Part shown: positions 18,330 to 27,608 of the stretch, in pieces
How the letters are laid out: each line of letters begins with the position of its first letter
Position numbering within the stretch: the first letter of the stretch is position 1
Source of the DNA: Psychrobacter sp. HD31
GTDB lineage: Bacteria > Pseudomonadota > Gammaproteobacteria > Pseudomonadales > Moraxellaceae
Direction: 5' to 3'
Assembly: GCF_051097895.1 (NCBI RefSeq)
Contig: NZ_CP142525.1
Coordinates: 390,001 to 422,000, forward strand
Length of the DNA: 32,000 nt
The notes under the pieces: model-generated
Told to the model about the DNA's origin: nothing
The model's input: only the letters and a program-made list of their open reading frames with translations
Database searches by the model: none
Made by a program: the position numbers and the translations under genes

Positions 18330-18697
18330 ATAGATTAATTAAGTTGGTTTTTATATTAGTAATAGCCTGACTATTGCAAGAGATTTAGAATGCTTTTAAA
18401 TGAACACAGAAAAAATGGCACATAAATAAGCACGGCATTATAGCATACTATATTTGTGTGATTGGATGATAACAAGCCGTAAATCTAAATAAAAATTGTA
18501 TATTTTTGTGTAAAAAAGGATGGGGTTCAAAATGGGGATTCGTCTATTTATAAATGACGTTAAAACAGCGCGAGTGAGTTGTTTTCGTCAGTCAGTTAAA
18601 TTATTGGTTAATCTCAATTATGCACAAGATAATATGCTAAAATTAACTGCCTTACGATTAATATAAAAAACAAATAGATTTGAGATAAGCAATAATC

Positions 18698-20014
18698 ATG
18701 TTTGATAACATTTGGAATGCCATCCTGACTCACCCAGAGTATTTTGCGATACTAACAATTCCGCCAGTTACGGCATTTGTCACATGGGCGCATGTGTGGA
18801 TGGCATTAAAAATGCTTTTTTTTCCAATTAAATTTTGGGGGATTAAAATACAAAAGTTCCCTTTTGGACTACAAGGGCTAGGTTGGCAGGGGATTGTACC
18901 AAGCAAAGCTGGCAAAATATCTGGGGTGATTGTTGATCAGGCGTTATCTAAACTTGGGTCTTTAGATGAGTTTTTTCAGGCAATGGATCCTGAAGAAATG
19001 GCAGAATATATTGCTCAAACCGTTGATAGTGACCTTGAATCATTAATTGATGAAATTATGATGGATCGCTCAGCAAGCTTATGGAGCAACTTACCTTATG
19101 CCGTCAAACGTCGTATTTATGCCTATGGACATGAGCAATTACCCAACATTGTAAAAGAGTTGGTTGTAGATTTAACCCATCATGTTGAAGATTTGGTCGA
19201 TATGCGCCAAATGATTGTGAATAAGATGGAAGGCGACCGTAAACTGATGGTGGAGATGTTTTTAAAGGTCGGGCAAAAAGAGATTAATTTTATTTGGCAC
19301 ATTAGTGCAGTGATTGGCTTTTTGTTTGGTATTGTACAAATGTTGGTTTTCTTGCTTGTGCCTCAGCATTGGACAGTACCATTTTTTGCGGCGATTTGGG
19401 GCTTTGTAACCAACTGGATTGCAATTTGGATGGTATTTAATCCTGTTGAACCGAATTATATTCGATATCCTAAGTTTTTTAAGCTATCAAAAAGCTTTCC
19501 ATTTATTACGCTACAAATGCCCCATATTGCTAAATACAATTGGCAAGGCGGGTTTATGAAACGCCAAGATGAGGTGTCTGAAGTATTTGCTGGTATTGTG
19601 GTGAATGATTTGGTAACGATTGAAAATATCATGAATGAAATGATGTATGGTACTAAATCGTTACAAACACGTGAGCTGATGAAAACCCACCTGTATGATG
19701 TGCTTGAATCGCCTGTGGTGAGTACTACTTTAAAAATGGGGCTTGGTAAGCGTGAGTTTGGACAACTTAAAAACACCATTATTGATAAATCAATTACGGC
19801 AACCATGGTGCCAATCCGTGACCCTGAGCTAAATAGTAGCCGAGCCAGTAAAATTTTTGGTCTGTTTCGTGATCGTATCCGTGCTTTGTCTCCTAAGGAG
19901 TTTCAAAATTTGCTACGTCCTGCCTTCCAAGAAGATGAAACGACCTTGATTATCCTCGGTGGTATAACAGGCTTTTTGGCAGGTTGGTTACATTTGGTGT
20001 TGGTGTTTTTTTAA
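18698..20014 (+). CDS. membrane protein, DUF445-like
   Basis: 438 aa with hydrophobic N- and C-terminal segments and a central soluble region. The GWQGIVPSKAGKIS motif after the first TM resembles DUF445/YjiN-type proteins. Assignment is from memory only. Confidence 0.55.
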   Translation: MFDNIWNAILTHPEYFAILTIPPVTAFVTWAHVWMALKMLFFPIKFWGIKIQKFPFGLQGLGWQGIVPSKAGKISGVIVDQALSKLGSLDEFFQAMDPEEMAEYIAQTVDSDLESLIDEIMMDRSASLWSNLPYAVKRRIYAYGHEQLPNIVKELVVDLTHHVEDLVDMRQMIVNKMEGDRKLMVEMFLKVGQKEINFIWHISAVIGFLFGIVQMLVFLLVPQHWTVPFFAAIWGFVTNWIAIWMVFNPVEPNYIRYPKFFKLSKSFPFITLQMPHIAKYNWQGGFMKRQDEVSEVFAGIVVNDLVTIENIMNEMMYGTKSLQTRELMKTHLYDVLESPVVSTTLKMGLGKREFGQLKNTIIDKSITATMVPIRDPELNSSRASKIFGLFRDRIRALSPKEFQNLLRPAFQEDETTLIILGGITGFLAGWLHLVLVFF

Positions 20015-20123
20015 AACAAAGCAAAGCCTGTTAAGCTTAACCGTAAGCAAATTGAATTCATGTCGATGAACGTAAGGTTTTATCCTTATTACGAGTTGAG
20101 TAAAACTTATCAAGGAGTGATTT

Positions 20124-20360
20124 ATGCTAGCACTTAGACCAAATTGCGAATGTTGTGATGTTGACTTACCTGCAGATGCAGATAATGCTTATATTTGTAG
20201 TTTTGAATGTACCTTTTGCCACGACTGCGTTACTGGTGTGCTAAAAGGTGCTTGTCCCAACTGTGGGGGTGATTTTAGTAAACGTCCAATACGTCCAGCT
20301 GAATTGCTAAAAAAATATCCTGCTAGCAATAAAAGAGTTGTCAAAGCTCAAGGATGTTAA
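20124..20360 (+). CDS. DUF1272 domain-containing Cys-rich protein
   Basis: 78 aa. MLALRPNCECCDVDLP...ICSFECTFCHDC...CPNCGG...RPIRP matches the conserved DUF1272 cysteine pattern. AAGGAG SD upstream. Confidence 0.75.
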   Translation: MLALRPNCECCDVDLPADADNAYICSFECTFCHDCVTGVLKGACPNCGGDFSKRPIRPAELLKKYPASNKRVVKAQGC

Positions 20361-20388
20361 ACATAAGAGAAATTGAAGATTAGTATTC

Positions 20389-20946
20389 ATGAGTAAATCA
20401 ATTTATACGCCGCGTTTAAAACTGCGACAATGGCAAATGAGTGATTTAAAACCTTTTGCTCAAATGAATGCCGCCCCAGAAGTTATGCACTATTTTCCAA
20501 CGGTGTTAACAGAATCAGACAGTAACGCACTGGCTAATAAAATACAAAAATTGATTGATCAGAAAGGCTATGGCTTTTGGGCTGTTGAATTATTGGCAAC
20601 ACAAGAATTTATTGGGTTTGTTGGTTTAAATGAGATTGATGGAGATAGTGAGTTAGCCAAAACTCTGAATATGGATAATAATTTTTTAGAAATTGGCTGG
20701 CGGTTAGCCAAAAAATATTGGGGTAAAGGCTATGCTAGCGAGGCAGCAAAAGCCGCATTAGATTTTGCTTTTAATGATTTGTTAACACAGCGAGTTTATG
20801 CTTTTACAGCTGAAGTCAATCAACCGTCACAAAGAGTAATGCAACGGTTAGGAATGGTGCATACGGAGCAGGTTTTTAACCACCCAAATGTTGAGCAGGG
20901 ACATGCGTTAGAAAGACATTGCTTATATTATATTGATAGGTTTTAA
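20389..20946 (+). CDS. GNAT family N-acetyltransferase (RimJ/RimL-like)
   Basis: 185 aa. TPRLKLRQW at the N-terminus and the WGKGYASEAAKA acetyl-CoA-binding region are typical of Acetyltransf_3-type GNATs. Confidence 0.75.
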   Translation: MSKSIYTPRLKLRQWQMSDLKPFAQMNAAPEVMHYFPTVLTESDSNALANKIQKLIDQKGYGFWAVELLATQEFIGFVGLNEIDGDSELAKTLNMDNNFLEIGWRLAKKYWGKGYASEAAKAALDFAFNDLLTQRVYAFTAEVNQPSQRVMQRLGMVHTEQVFNHPNVEQGHALERHCLYYIDRF

Positions 20947-20947
20947 A

Positions 20948-22915
20948 ATGCTCATAACCGAACTTGCCTACTTTTCTCTTCTTTTAGCACTTGTATTATC
21001 TGCTTTGCAAGTTGTACTGCCTACCTATGGTATTTTTACCAATAAAATACAATTACAACAGCTTGCGCCAAGTTTGGCTTGGGGGCAGTTTTTGGCGATG
21101 TTGTTGTCATTTGCTGGGTTGATGGCAGGGTTTTATTATAATGATTTTAGTTTGGCGTATGTTACTCAGCATTCTAATTCTTTGCTCCCTTGGTATTATA
21201 AGTTGTCAGCAACTTGGGGCGGTCATGAAGGTTCGTTGCTGTTATGGATGACCATTTTGGCAGGGTGGTGTGCTGGTGTCGCAGGGTTTGGTAGCCGTGG
21301 GTTTAGTCGTGGTTTACCATTAGCGATGAAGGCACGAGTGCTGGTGGTATTGTCTGCAGTGCAGTTCATGATGTTGACCATGTTGATATTTTCTTCATCA
21401 CCGTTTGACCGTACATTGCCAAACTTACCAGTTGATGGGGCAGATTTGAATCCCTTGTTGCAAGACCCGGGGTTGATTTTTCATCCGCCAATGTTGTACA
21501 TGGGCTATGTGGGTATGGCGGTGCCGTTTGCTTTTTGTATGGCAGCATTGTGGGCTGGGCGATTGGATGCGGTGTGGACACGGTGGTCACGCCCTTGGAC
21601 GCTGATGGCATGGGGCTTTTTGACATTAGGTATCGCACTGGGTTCTTGGTGGGCTTATTATGAGCTTGGCTGGGGTGGCTGGTGGTTTTGGGACCCTGTC
21701 GAGAATGCTTCTTTGTTGCCTTGGCTGGCGTCAACCGCTTTGATTCACTCGTTGGCAGTAACTGAAAAACGTGGCGTGTTCAAGGCATGGACGATTATGC
21801 TGGCGATTTTTGCTTTTGCGTTAAGTTTGCTTGGTACCTTCTTGGTGCGTTCGGGGGTGATTACTTCGGTGCATTCGTTTGCCGCTGATCCAACGCGTGG
21901 GGTGATGATTTTAGCCATTTTGGCAATCGTCATTGGTTCAGGATTGGCAATGTTTGCATTGCGTGGTTGGAAATTGACGGTAGAAAGCCATTATCAACTT
22001 AAGTCGCGTGAGACATTACTGATTGTTAATAATATCATCATTCTGATAGCAACTTTGGTTGTGCTTTTGGGGACTTTGTATCCTATTATTGCTGATGCCT
22101 TTGATTGGGGGCAGGTATCGGTTGGTCCTCCGTATTTTAATGCTTTGTTTGTGCCTTTGACTTGGTTGTTATTGTTGGCAATGGGTGTTGGTTCTGTAAT
22201 ACGCTGGAAACGTGACAGTCGTCCCTTTATGGGGGTGTCGATTGCCATTGGTATCAGTAGCTTGATATTGGCTGGACTGGTGATTTATTTTATCAAACCA
22301 AATGAGATGCTCAATGTTGGTTTGACGTTGGCACTATCTGCATGGGTGTTTGGCTGGACAGTATATGATTTAAAAGATAAAACCCGTCATGCGTCAAGTT
22401 TGATAAAAGGGCTGGCTAAGCTTACTCCGAGTTATTGGGGAATGATTTTGGCTCATATTGGGGTGCTGGTTTGCTCAATTGGTGTTGGCGTAACCTCTAG
22501 CCAAAGTGTAGAAAAAGATGTGGCGATGGGAGTCGGCGACTCTGTGATGGTTAAGGACTATCAATTCACCATGACTGAGATGTATGAAGTGCGTGGAAAA
22601 AACTATGATGGGACAGCAACCGAAGTTAAGGTAAGTAAAGGTAATGGTGATTATGTCACCAGCTTGCACCCAGAAAAACGTACTTACGTGGTATCCATGA
22701 TGCCGATGACAGAATCAGCGATTGATGCTAATTTGTGGCGTGATTTGTATGTTGCACTTGGTGAGCCCATTGAAAACGACCAAGGACAAAAAGATGCGCA
22801 GTGGGCAGTGCGAATTTATGTTAAGCCCTTTGTGCGTTGGTTGTGGTTAGGTTCATTATTAATGGCGTTGGGTGCTTTGATTAGCATGCTAGATAAGCGA
22901 TATCGGTTAAAGTAA
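20948..22915 (+). CDS. ccmF: cytochrome c-type biogenesis heme lyase subunit CcmF
   Basis: About 655-aa polytopic membrane protein with the WGGWWFWDPVENASLLPWL tryptophan-rich motif. I chose ATG 20948, 1 nt after the GNAT stop, over the overlapping ORF-track ATG 20933. Confidence 0.9.
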   Translation: MLITELAYFSLLLALVLSALQVVLPTYGIFTNKIQLQQLAPSLAWGQFLAMLLSFAGLMAGFYYNDFSLAYVTQHSNSLLPWYYKLSATWGGHEGSLLLWMTILAGWCAGVAGFGSRGFSRGLPLAMKARVLVVLSAVQFMMLTMLIFSSSPFDRTLPNLPVDGADLNPLLQDPGLIFHPPMLYMGYVGMAVPFAFCMAALWAGRLDAVWTRWSRPWTLMAWGFLTLGIALGSWWAYYELGWGGWWFWDPVENASLLPWLASTALIHSLAVTEKRGVFKAWTIMLAIFAFALSLLGTFLVRSGVITSVHSFAADPTRGVMILAILAIVIGSGLAMFALRGWKLTVESHYQLKSRETLLIVNNIIILIATLVVLLGTLYPIIADAFDWGQVSVGPPYFNALFVPLTWLLLLAMGVGSVIRWKRDSRPFMGVSIAIGISSLILAGLVIYFIKPNEMLNVGLTLALSAWVFGWTVYDLKDKTRHASSLIKGLAKLTPSYWGMILAHIGVLVCSIGVGVTSSQSVEKDVAMGVGDSVMVKDYQFTMTEMYEVRGKNYDGTATEVKVSKGNGDYVTSLHPEKRTYVVSMMPMTESAIDANLWRDLYVALGEPIENDQGQKDAQWAVRIYVKPFVRWLWLGSLLMALGALISMLDKRYRLK

Positions 22916-22975
22916 GACAAGTTAATAATAAGAAATTATATGTAAAAATGTAATATGAAAAAACTGAGGTAAGTT

Positions 22976-23554
22976 ATGGTGGCTAAGTCAAAATTTAAAT
23001 CAATTATATTTATTATTCCTTTGTTAATATTTTTAGGCGTTGTGCTGTTTTTATTTTTAAGAGTTAATAAGCCGGCGCAAATAGCAATTAATACGGCAAC
23101 AAATCAACCGCTTCCTGCTTTTGAATTAGCAAATCTTGAAGATGAAAAGTTAATGATAAACAATGGTAATTTACCAAATGAGGCTTATTTATTAAACTTT
23201 TGGGGCTCTTGGTGTATTGCTTGTAGCCGTGAGCATCCTTTGTTAATGTCGCTAAAAAATGATGGCATAAAAATTGTGGGGGTAAACTATAAAGATGCAC
23301 CAGAGTTTGCCAAACAGTATTTGCAAGATGAAGGTAACCCATACTTACTCAACATTAAGGATGAAGAAGGCGATTTGGGTATGGATTTAGGGCTAACGGG
23401 CGCACCAGAAACCTTTGTGGTTGATGACAAGGGCGTTATCAAACAGCATATTGTGGGTGAAATTACCTCAGAGAAATGGCAAACCAGCATTGAGCCTTGT
23501 TTAACTGCGGTTCAAAAACGTGACGAAAATCAGATTGCAGAGCTATGCCAATAA
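22976..23554 (+). CDS. ccmG: thiol:disulfide interchange protein DsbE/CcmG
   Basis: 192 aa with an N-terminal membrane anchor, thioredoxin-fold WGSWCIAC (CxxC) and GAPETFVVD motifs. It follows ccmF. GAGG SD upstream. Confidence 0.9.
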   Translation: MVAKSKFKSIIFIIPLLIFLGVVLFLFLRVNKPAQIAINTATNQPLPAFELANLEDEKLMINNGNLPNEAYLLNFWGSWCIACSREHPLLMSLKNDGIKIVGVNYKDAPEFAKQYLQDEGNPYLLNIKDEEGDLGMDLGLTGAPETFVVDDKGVIKQHIVGEITSEKWQTSIEPCLTAVQKRDENQIAELCQ

Positions 23555-23569
23555 ATATAAGTGTGACGT

Positions 23570-23806
23570 ATGATTAATAGGTTTCCTGAATTAGCTGTCA
23601 TTAAATTGTCAGAGGATTTTCGAGATAATATAAAGGCGGGCAGTATAGGGACTGTTGTCCATGTATATGAAAGTCATCCAGTAGTTTATGAAGTTGAGTT
23701 TTGCGATGATGATGGCGTTTCTATAGGCGATGAAATGCACTATACTTTTACGCATGAGGAACTTATCTTTTACTGTGATCTGCCGTCTAGAATAACTTAC
23801 AAATAA
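23570..23806 (+). CDS. DUF4926 domain-containing small protein
   Basis: 78 aa. The pattern GSIGTVVHVYE...YEVEFCDDDG matches the DUF4926 core as I remember it. It is packed 15 nt after ccmG and 29 nt before ccmH. SD is weak. Confidence 0.6.
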   Translation: MINRFPELAVIKLSEDFRDNIKAGSIGTVVHVYESHPVVYEVEFCDDDGVSIGDEMHYTFTHEELIFYCDLPSRITYK

Positions 23807-23835
23807 GATGGTGCTACTGTTAGGTTAATGATTGA

Positions 23836-24354
23836 ATGAAGCGACTTTTTAACATTCTTACCTTTTTATTTTTGACGCTCATAATGATTGGCTTCAACGC
23901 CCAGGCGTATTCGGCAATTGATGTTTACCAGTTTGAATCGGCAGAACAACAATTACAATATCAAGCATTAATTGAAGAGTTGCGTTGCCCAAAGTGTCAA
24001 AATCAAAATCTTGCAAGCTCTAACTCACCAATATCACAAGATTTAAAACGTAAAACTTATGAGCTAGTCATACAAGGTAAATCTGATATACAAATTCGTG
24101 ACTATATGAAATCCCGATATGGCGATTTTATCAGTTATAAACCGCCAGTGCGACCAAGCACCTACTTACTTTGGTACTTGCCACCGATTTTGTTGATTTT
24201 AGCATTGGGTATTTGGTTTTGGTCAGTTCGGTTAAAATCGGCTAATAATAAAAACGCTAATAACGTGGTTGATCAGCCATCAGCATTAAATATAACAGAA
24301 AAACAGCAGCTGACAGAAATACTCAATAAATATGATAAGCCAGATGGAAGTTAA
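23836..24354 (+). CDS. ccmH: cytochrome c-type biogenesis protein CcmH (CycL)
   Basis: 172 aa with a signal peptide, the LRCPKCQNQNL motif (LRCxxCQ) and a C-terminal TM segment. Confidence 0.9.
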   Translation: MKRLFNILTFLFLTLIMIGFNAQAYSAIDVYQFESAEQQLQYQALIEELRCPKCQNQNLASSNSPISQDLKRKTYELVIQGKSDIQIRDYMKSRYGDFISYKPPVRPSTYLLWYLPPILLILALGIWFWSVRLKSANNKNANNVVDQPSALNITEKQQLTEILNKYDKPDGS

Positions 24355-24359
24355 ACATC

Positions 24360-25295
24360 ATGATAAGCACTGAATTTTGGTTTTTTGTGGGTTGTATTTT
24401 AATCAGTGTATTAGTGGCATTGGTTATTATGTTGCCCTGGCTTAAACGCAATCGCTGTAATGATGACAACCAATTAATGGCGATTAACGTAAAAAACTTT
24501 AAATCACGGCTTTTAGAGCTAGAAAAAGATGTCAGTGAGGGGTTGATACAACAAAACCAATATCATCATCAAAAAACAGAGTTAGAGCGGCAGCTTTTGC
24601 AAGCAGCCACTGTTGATAAGCTGATAAAACCGGTTAACAATAGCAGTAAAATAGTATTTTTAGTATCATTACCATTATTATCTATTGGCATCTATTTATT
24701 GATTAATAATAGCAATAAAAACTTGTTTGATTTATGGCAAGCACAGCACAAATATCACCAAATTGCAGATGATTTGTTAACAGATAAAATAGGCACACCA
24801 CCTGCTGGCAGTTTAAATAGTCGTGAGGATATGCAAGCACTAGTGGCTGTGATGCAGACCAATGTATACCAAAATGCTTATGATGGTACGCGTTGGTTAA
24901 AACTTGCCGAGCTATTTTCTGCCATTGATGCGACAGACTCCTCTTCTTTGGCAATGGCAAGAGCATATAGGGTTGAACCAAATAATGTGGCGGTTGCAAG
25001 CCAATATGCCCAAGCATTATTTTTTTCTAATAGTGGTCGGTTAACTCCACAAATAAGAGGCATAATCAATGATATATTGCAAAAAGATGCAAAAAATCAA
25101 ACCGCACAAATGATGCTGATAATGGGAGAGGCATCGGCAGCAAACTATAATGAAGCTCTTAAATGGGCAAATCATTTAAGGCAACAGATTAACAACCAAC
25201 CATTGAATACAGCAGACAAATTAAACGCTTTAAATAGCGTTGATACACTCATAACAGAGCTTGAATACAAACAACAAACCTCAATCAATCCTTAA
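24360..25295 (+). CDS. ccmI: c-type cytochrome biogenesis protein CcmI (TPR-like)
   Basis: 311 aa. Two TM segments (FWFFVGCILISVLVALVIMLPWL and IVFLVSLPLLSIGIYLLI) are followed by a helical TPR-like region. It starts 5 nt after ccmH, with an SD inside the ccmH 3' end. Confidence 0.65.
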   Translation: MISTEFWFFVGCILISVLVALVIMLPWLKRNRCNDDNQLMAINVKNFKSRLLELEKDVSEGLIQQNQYHHQKTELERQLLQAATVDKLIKPVNNSSKIVFLVSLPLLSIGIYLLINNSNKNLFDLWQAQHKYHQIADDLLTDKIGTPPAGSLNSREDMQALVAVMQTNVYQNAYDGTRWLKLAELFSAIDATDSSSLAMARAYRVEPNNVAVASQYAQALFFSNSGRLTPQIRGIINDILQKDAKNQTAQMMLIMGEASAANYNEALKWANHLRQQINNQPLNTADKLNALNSVDTLITELEYKQQTSINP

Positions 25296-25360
25296 ATTAT
25301 TTTTGGGGTTAAAAAGATAATTTTCACTTGTGATTTAACCATAATAACGGTATGGTATAA

Positions 25361-26056
<696 letters not shown>

Positions 26057-26101
26057 TCTAGTAGACTAGAATTCATTCTGTTTATAATAAACAGAGCGAA
26101 T

Positions 26102-26134
26102 AAAAAACCGAGTTTATTTAAAACTCGGTTTTTT
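26102..26134. terminator. bidirectional Rho-independent terminator between adk and secB
   Basis: AAAAAACCGAGTTT (26102-26115) pairs perfectly with AAACTCGGTTTTTT (26121-26134) across a 5-nt loop. A/T tracts flank both sides. Confidence 0.75.
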
Positions 26135-26160
26135 GTTTATAGGGGCTTTTGTGTAAAAAA

Positions 26161-26607
26161 TTAAGCTTGTTGTTCTTCAGCGGCTTCTTGTTGATTTTGT
26201 AAAAATACTTGATCAAAGTTAACCGGTTGTAATAGTAATTGTGGGAAGCTACCACGGCTAACGATGTCACTGATTACTTCGCGTGCGTATGGGAACAACA
26301 CGTTAGGGCAGTATGCGCCAAGCAAATGCGGTAGTTGATCTTCTGGAATGTTGCTAAGTAAAAAGATACCGGCTTGATGTACTTCTGCGATAAAAGCAGT
26401 TTCATCGGCGTTTTTAGCGTTAACAGTAACGGTTAAAATCACTTGATGATGTGTGTCATCTAGTTTTTCGGCACTTGAAGATAAACTGATATCTAAATCT
26501 GGATTCCATTCTTTTGTAAATACACCTGCACCAGGTACTTCTAGTGACATATCTTTTGTGTAAATGCGTTCTAGTGCCAGTTGTGGTTGGTTTTGTTCTT
26601 CGGCCAT
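26161..26607 (-). CDS. secB: protein-export chaperone SecB
   Basis: 148 aa with [16 protein letters not shown], an acidic C-terminus and an AGGAGA SD. It is in the conserved rhodanese-grxC-secB arrangement. Confidence 0.93.
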   Translation of the reverse strand: MAEEQNQPQLALERIYTKDMSLEVPGAGVFTKEWNPDLDISLSSSAEKLDDTHHQVILTVTVNAKNADETAFIAEVHQAGIFLLSNIPEDQLPHLLGAYCPNVLFPYAREVISDIVSRGSFPQLLLQPVNFDQVFLQNQQEAAEEQQA

Positions 26608-26639
26608 GGTTGTCTCCTAAAAAATTAATGTAAATAAAA

Positions 26640-26903
26640 TTAGTTTGCTAGCATGTCATCTAGCTTACCTTCTTGGTTAAGTTTGTTTAAATCATCAAAC
26701 CCACCAATAAAAGTATCACCAATAAAAATTTGTGGTACGGTACGGTAATTGTTGGTTTTCTTCATAAGTTCGGCACGTTCTTCACCACTAAGTGACATCA
26801 TGCCAATTTCGGTATATTCAACACCCTTTGATGTTAAAAGTTGCTTGGCGTTATTACAATAGGGGCAAACTGGTGTGCTGTATAAAGTTACTTCTACTGT
26901 CAT
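26640..26903 (-). CDS. grxC: glutaredoxin 3
   Basis: 87 aa with the CPYC active site, TVPQIFIG and GGFDDL motifs. GAGGAA SD upstream. Confidence 0.93.
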   Translation of the reverse strand: MTVEVTLYSTPVCPYCNNAKQLLTSKGVEYTEIGMMSLSGEERAELMKKTNNYRTVPQIFIGDTFIGGFDDLNKLNQEGKLDDMLAN

Positions 26904-27006
26904 TATTTTTCCTCGTCTTTATTGTATTGTTTAAGTATGTATTTAACACATATTAAGTATGTGGGGATGTATATTTAAAAAACAATAGTGCTGATTAATC
27001 CTATAT

Positions 27007-27037
27007 AAAAAAGCCTTGCTGGTGTCGCAAGGCTTTT
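27007..27037 (-). terminator. Rho-independent terminator after the rhodanese gene
   Basis: GCCTTGC (27013-27019) pairs with GCAAGGC (27027-27033), with A/T extensions. On the minus strand it is followed by a T-run. It starts 5 nt below the stop at 27042. Confidence 0.65.
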
Positions 27038-27041
27038 AAAA

Positions 27042-27485
27042 TTATCTATTTTTTTTCCGTTTTTTGTTTGCTGTGTCTTTTTCTGTACCGACTAATGGCA
27101 TGCCTGCAGACTCCCAGCCAGAAATCCCGCCTTCTAGGCGGTAGGCTTCTTCTTTTGCAAGTAGCTGTACTGCTGCACCGGCTTGTATGCCCATGTCGCA
27201 AACGATAACAATTGGGCTTTCTATGGCACGTAGCTCATCGATACGGTCACGCAGCGTAGTAAAGGGTACATTACGGCTACCTTGAATATGACCTTTTGCA
27301 AATTTTTTTGCATCTCTGATATCAATAATTTGAGCATTTTGTTGGTTGACTAATGTACCAAGTGCACTGGCTGCAATTTTTTTACCGCTACGACGGTTTT
27401 CTATCATAAAAAATAAAATTGCAAGTAGTGTTAATAAACCAAATAAAAATGGATGGTTACCCATGAATTCAAAAAAACGTGCCAA
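27042..27485 (-). CDS. membrane-anchored rhodanese-domain protein (YibN-like)
   Basis: One TM segment plus a rhodanese domain (IIDIRDAKKFAKGHIQGS, active-site region VIVCDMG). I place the start at TTG 27485, 5 nt after a GGAGG (27495-27491). That gives MARFFEFMGNHPF, parallel to the E. coli YibN N-terminus, and a 147-aa protein. The ORF-track TTG 27533 has no SD. Confidence 0.75.
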   Translation of the reverse strand: MARFFEFMGNHPFLFGLLTLLAILFFMIENRRSGKKIAASALGTLVNQQNAQIIDIRDAKKFAKGHIQGSRNVPFTTLRDRIDELRAIESPIVIVCDMGIQAGAAVQLLAKEEAYRLEGGISGWESAGMPLVGTEKDTANKKRKKNR

Positions 27486-27608
27486 AACGACCTCCGAGGA
27501 TATAAAAACTAGCGCTATTATACCGATTATCAATAAAAAATGCTTGCTGTTATCATACAGTTATCAGATACAGCGTAATCTATATAGGCAGGTAAAGCTT
27601 CTTTCAAG

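Noticed and set aside
19456-19806. Long antisense ORFs inside well-supported genes: 19456..19806 (116 aa), 21366..21734 (122 aa), 30412..30792 (126 aa), plus the many 60-100-aa shadow ORFs in liuB, liuD, liuE, pyk, rsgA and others.
   Set aside because: All lie fully within, and opposite or out of frame to, genes with clear family motifs. Their translations are low-complexity or Cys/Ser/Pro-rich, which is typical of shadow frames. None has an SD or an independent intergenic context.
20040-20051. A perfect 12-bp palindrome, GTTAAGCTTAAC, after the DUF445-like gene. I considered it as a terminator or operator.
   Set aside because: It cannot form a stable hairpin because there is no loop, and it has no T-tract. 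It is a single occurrence with no partner site.
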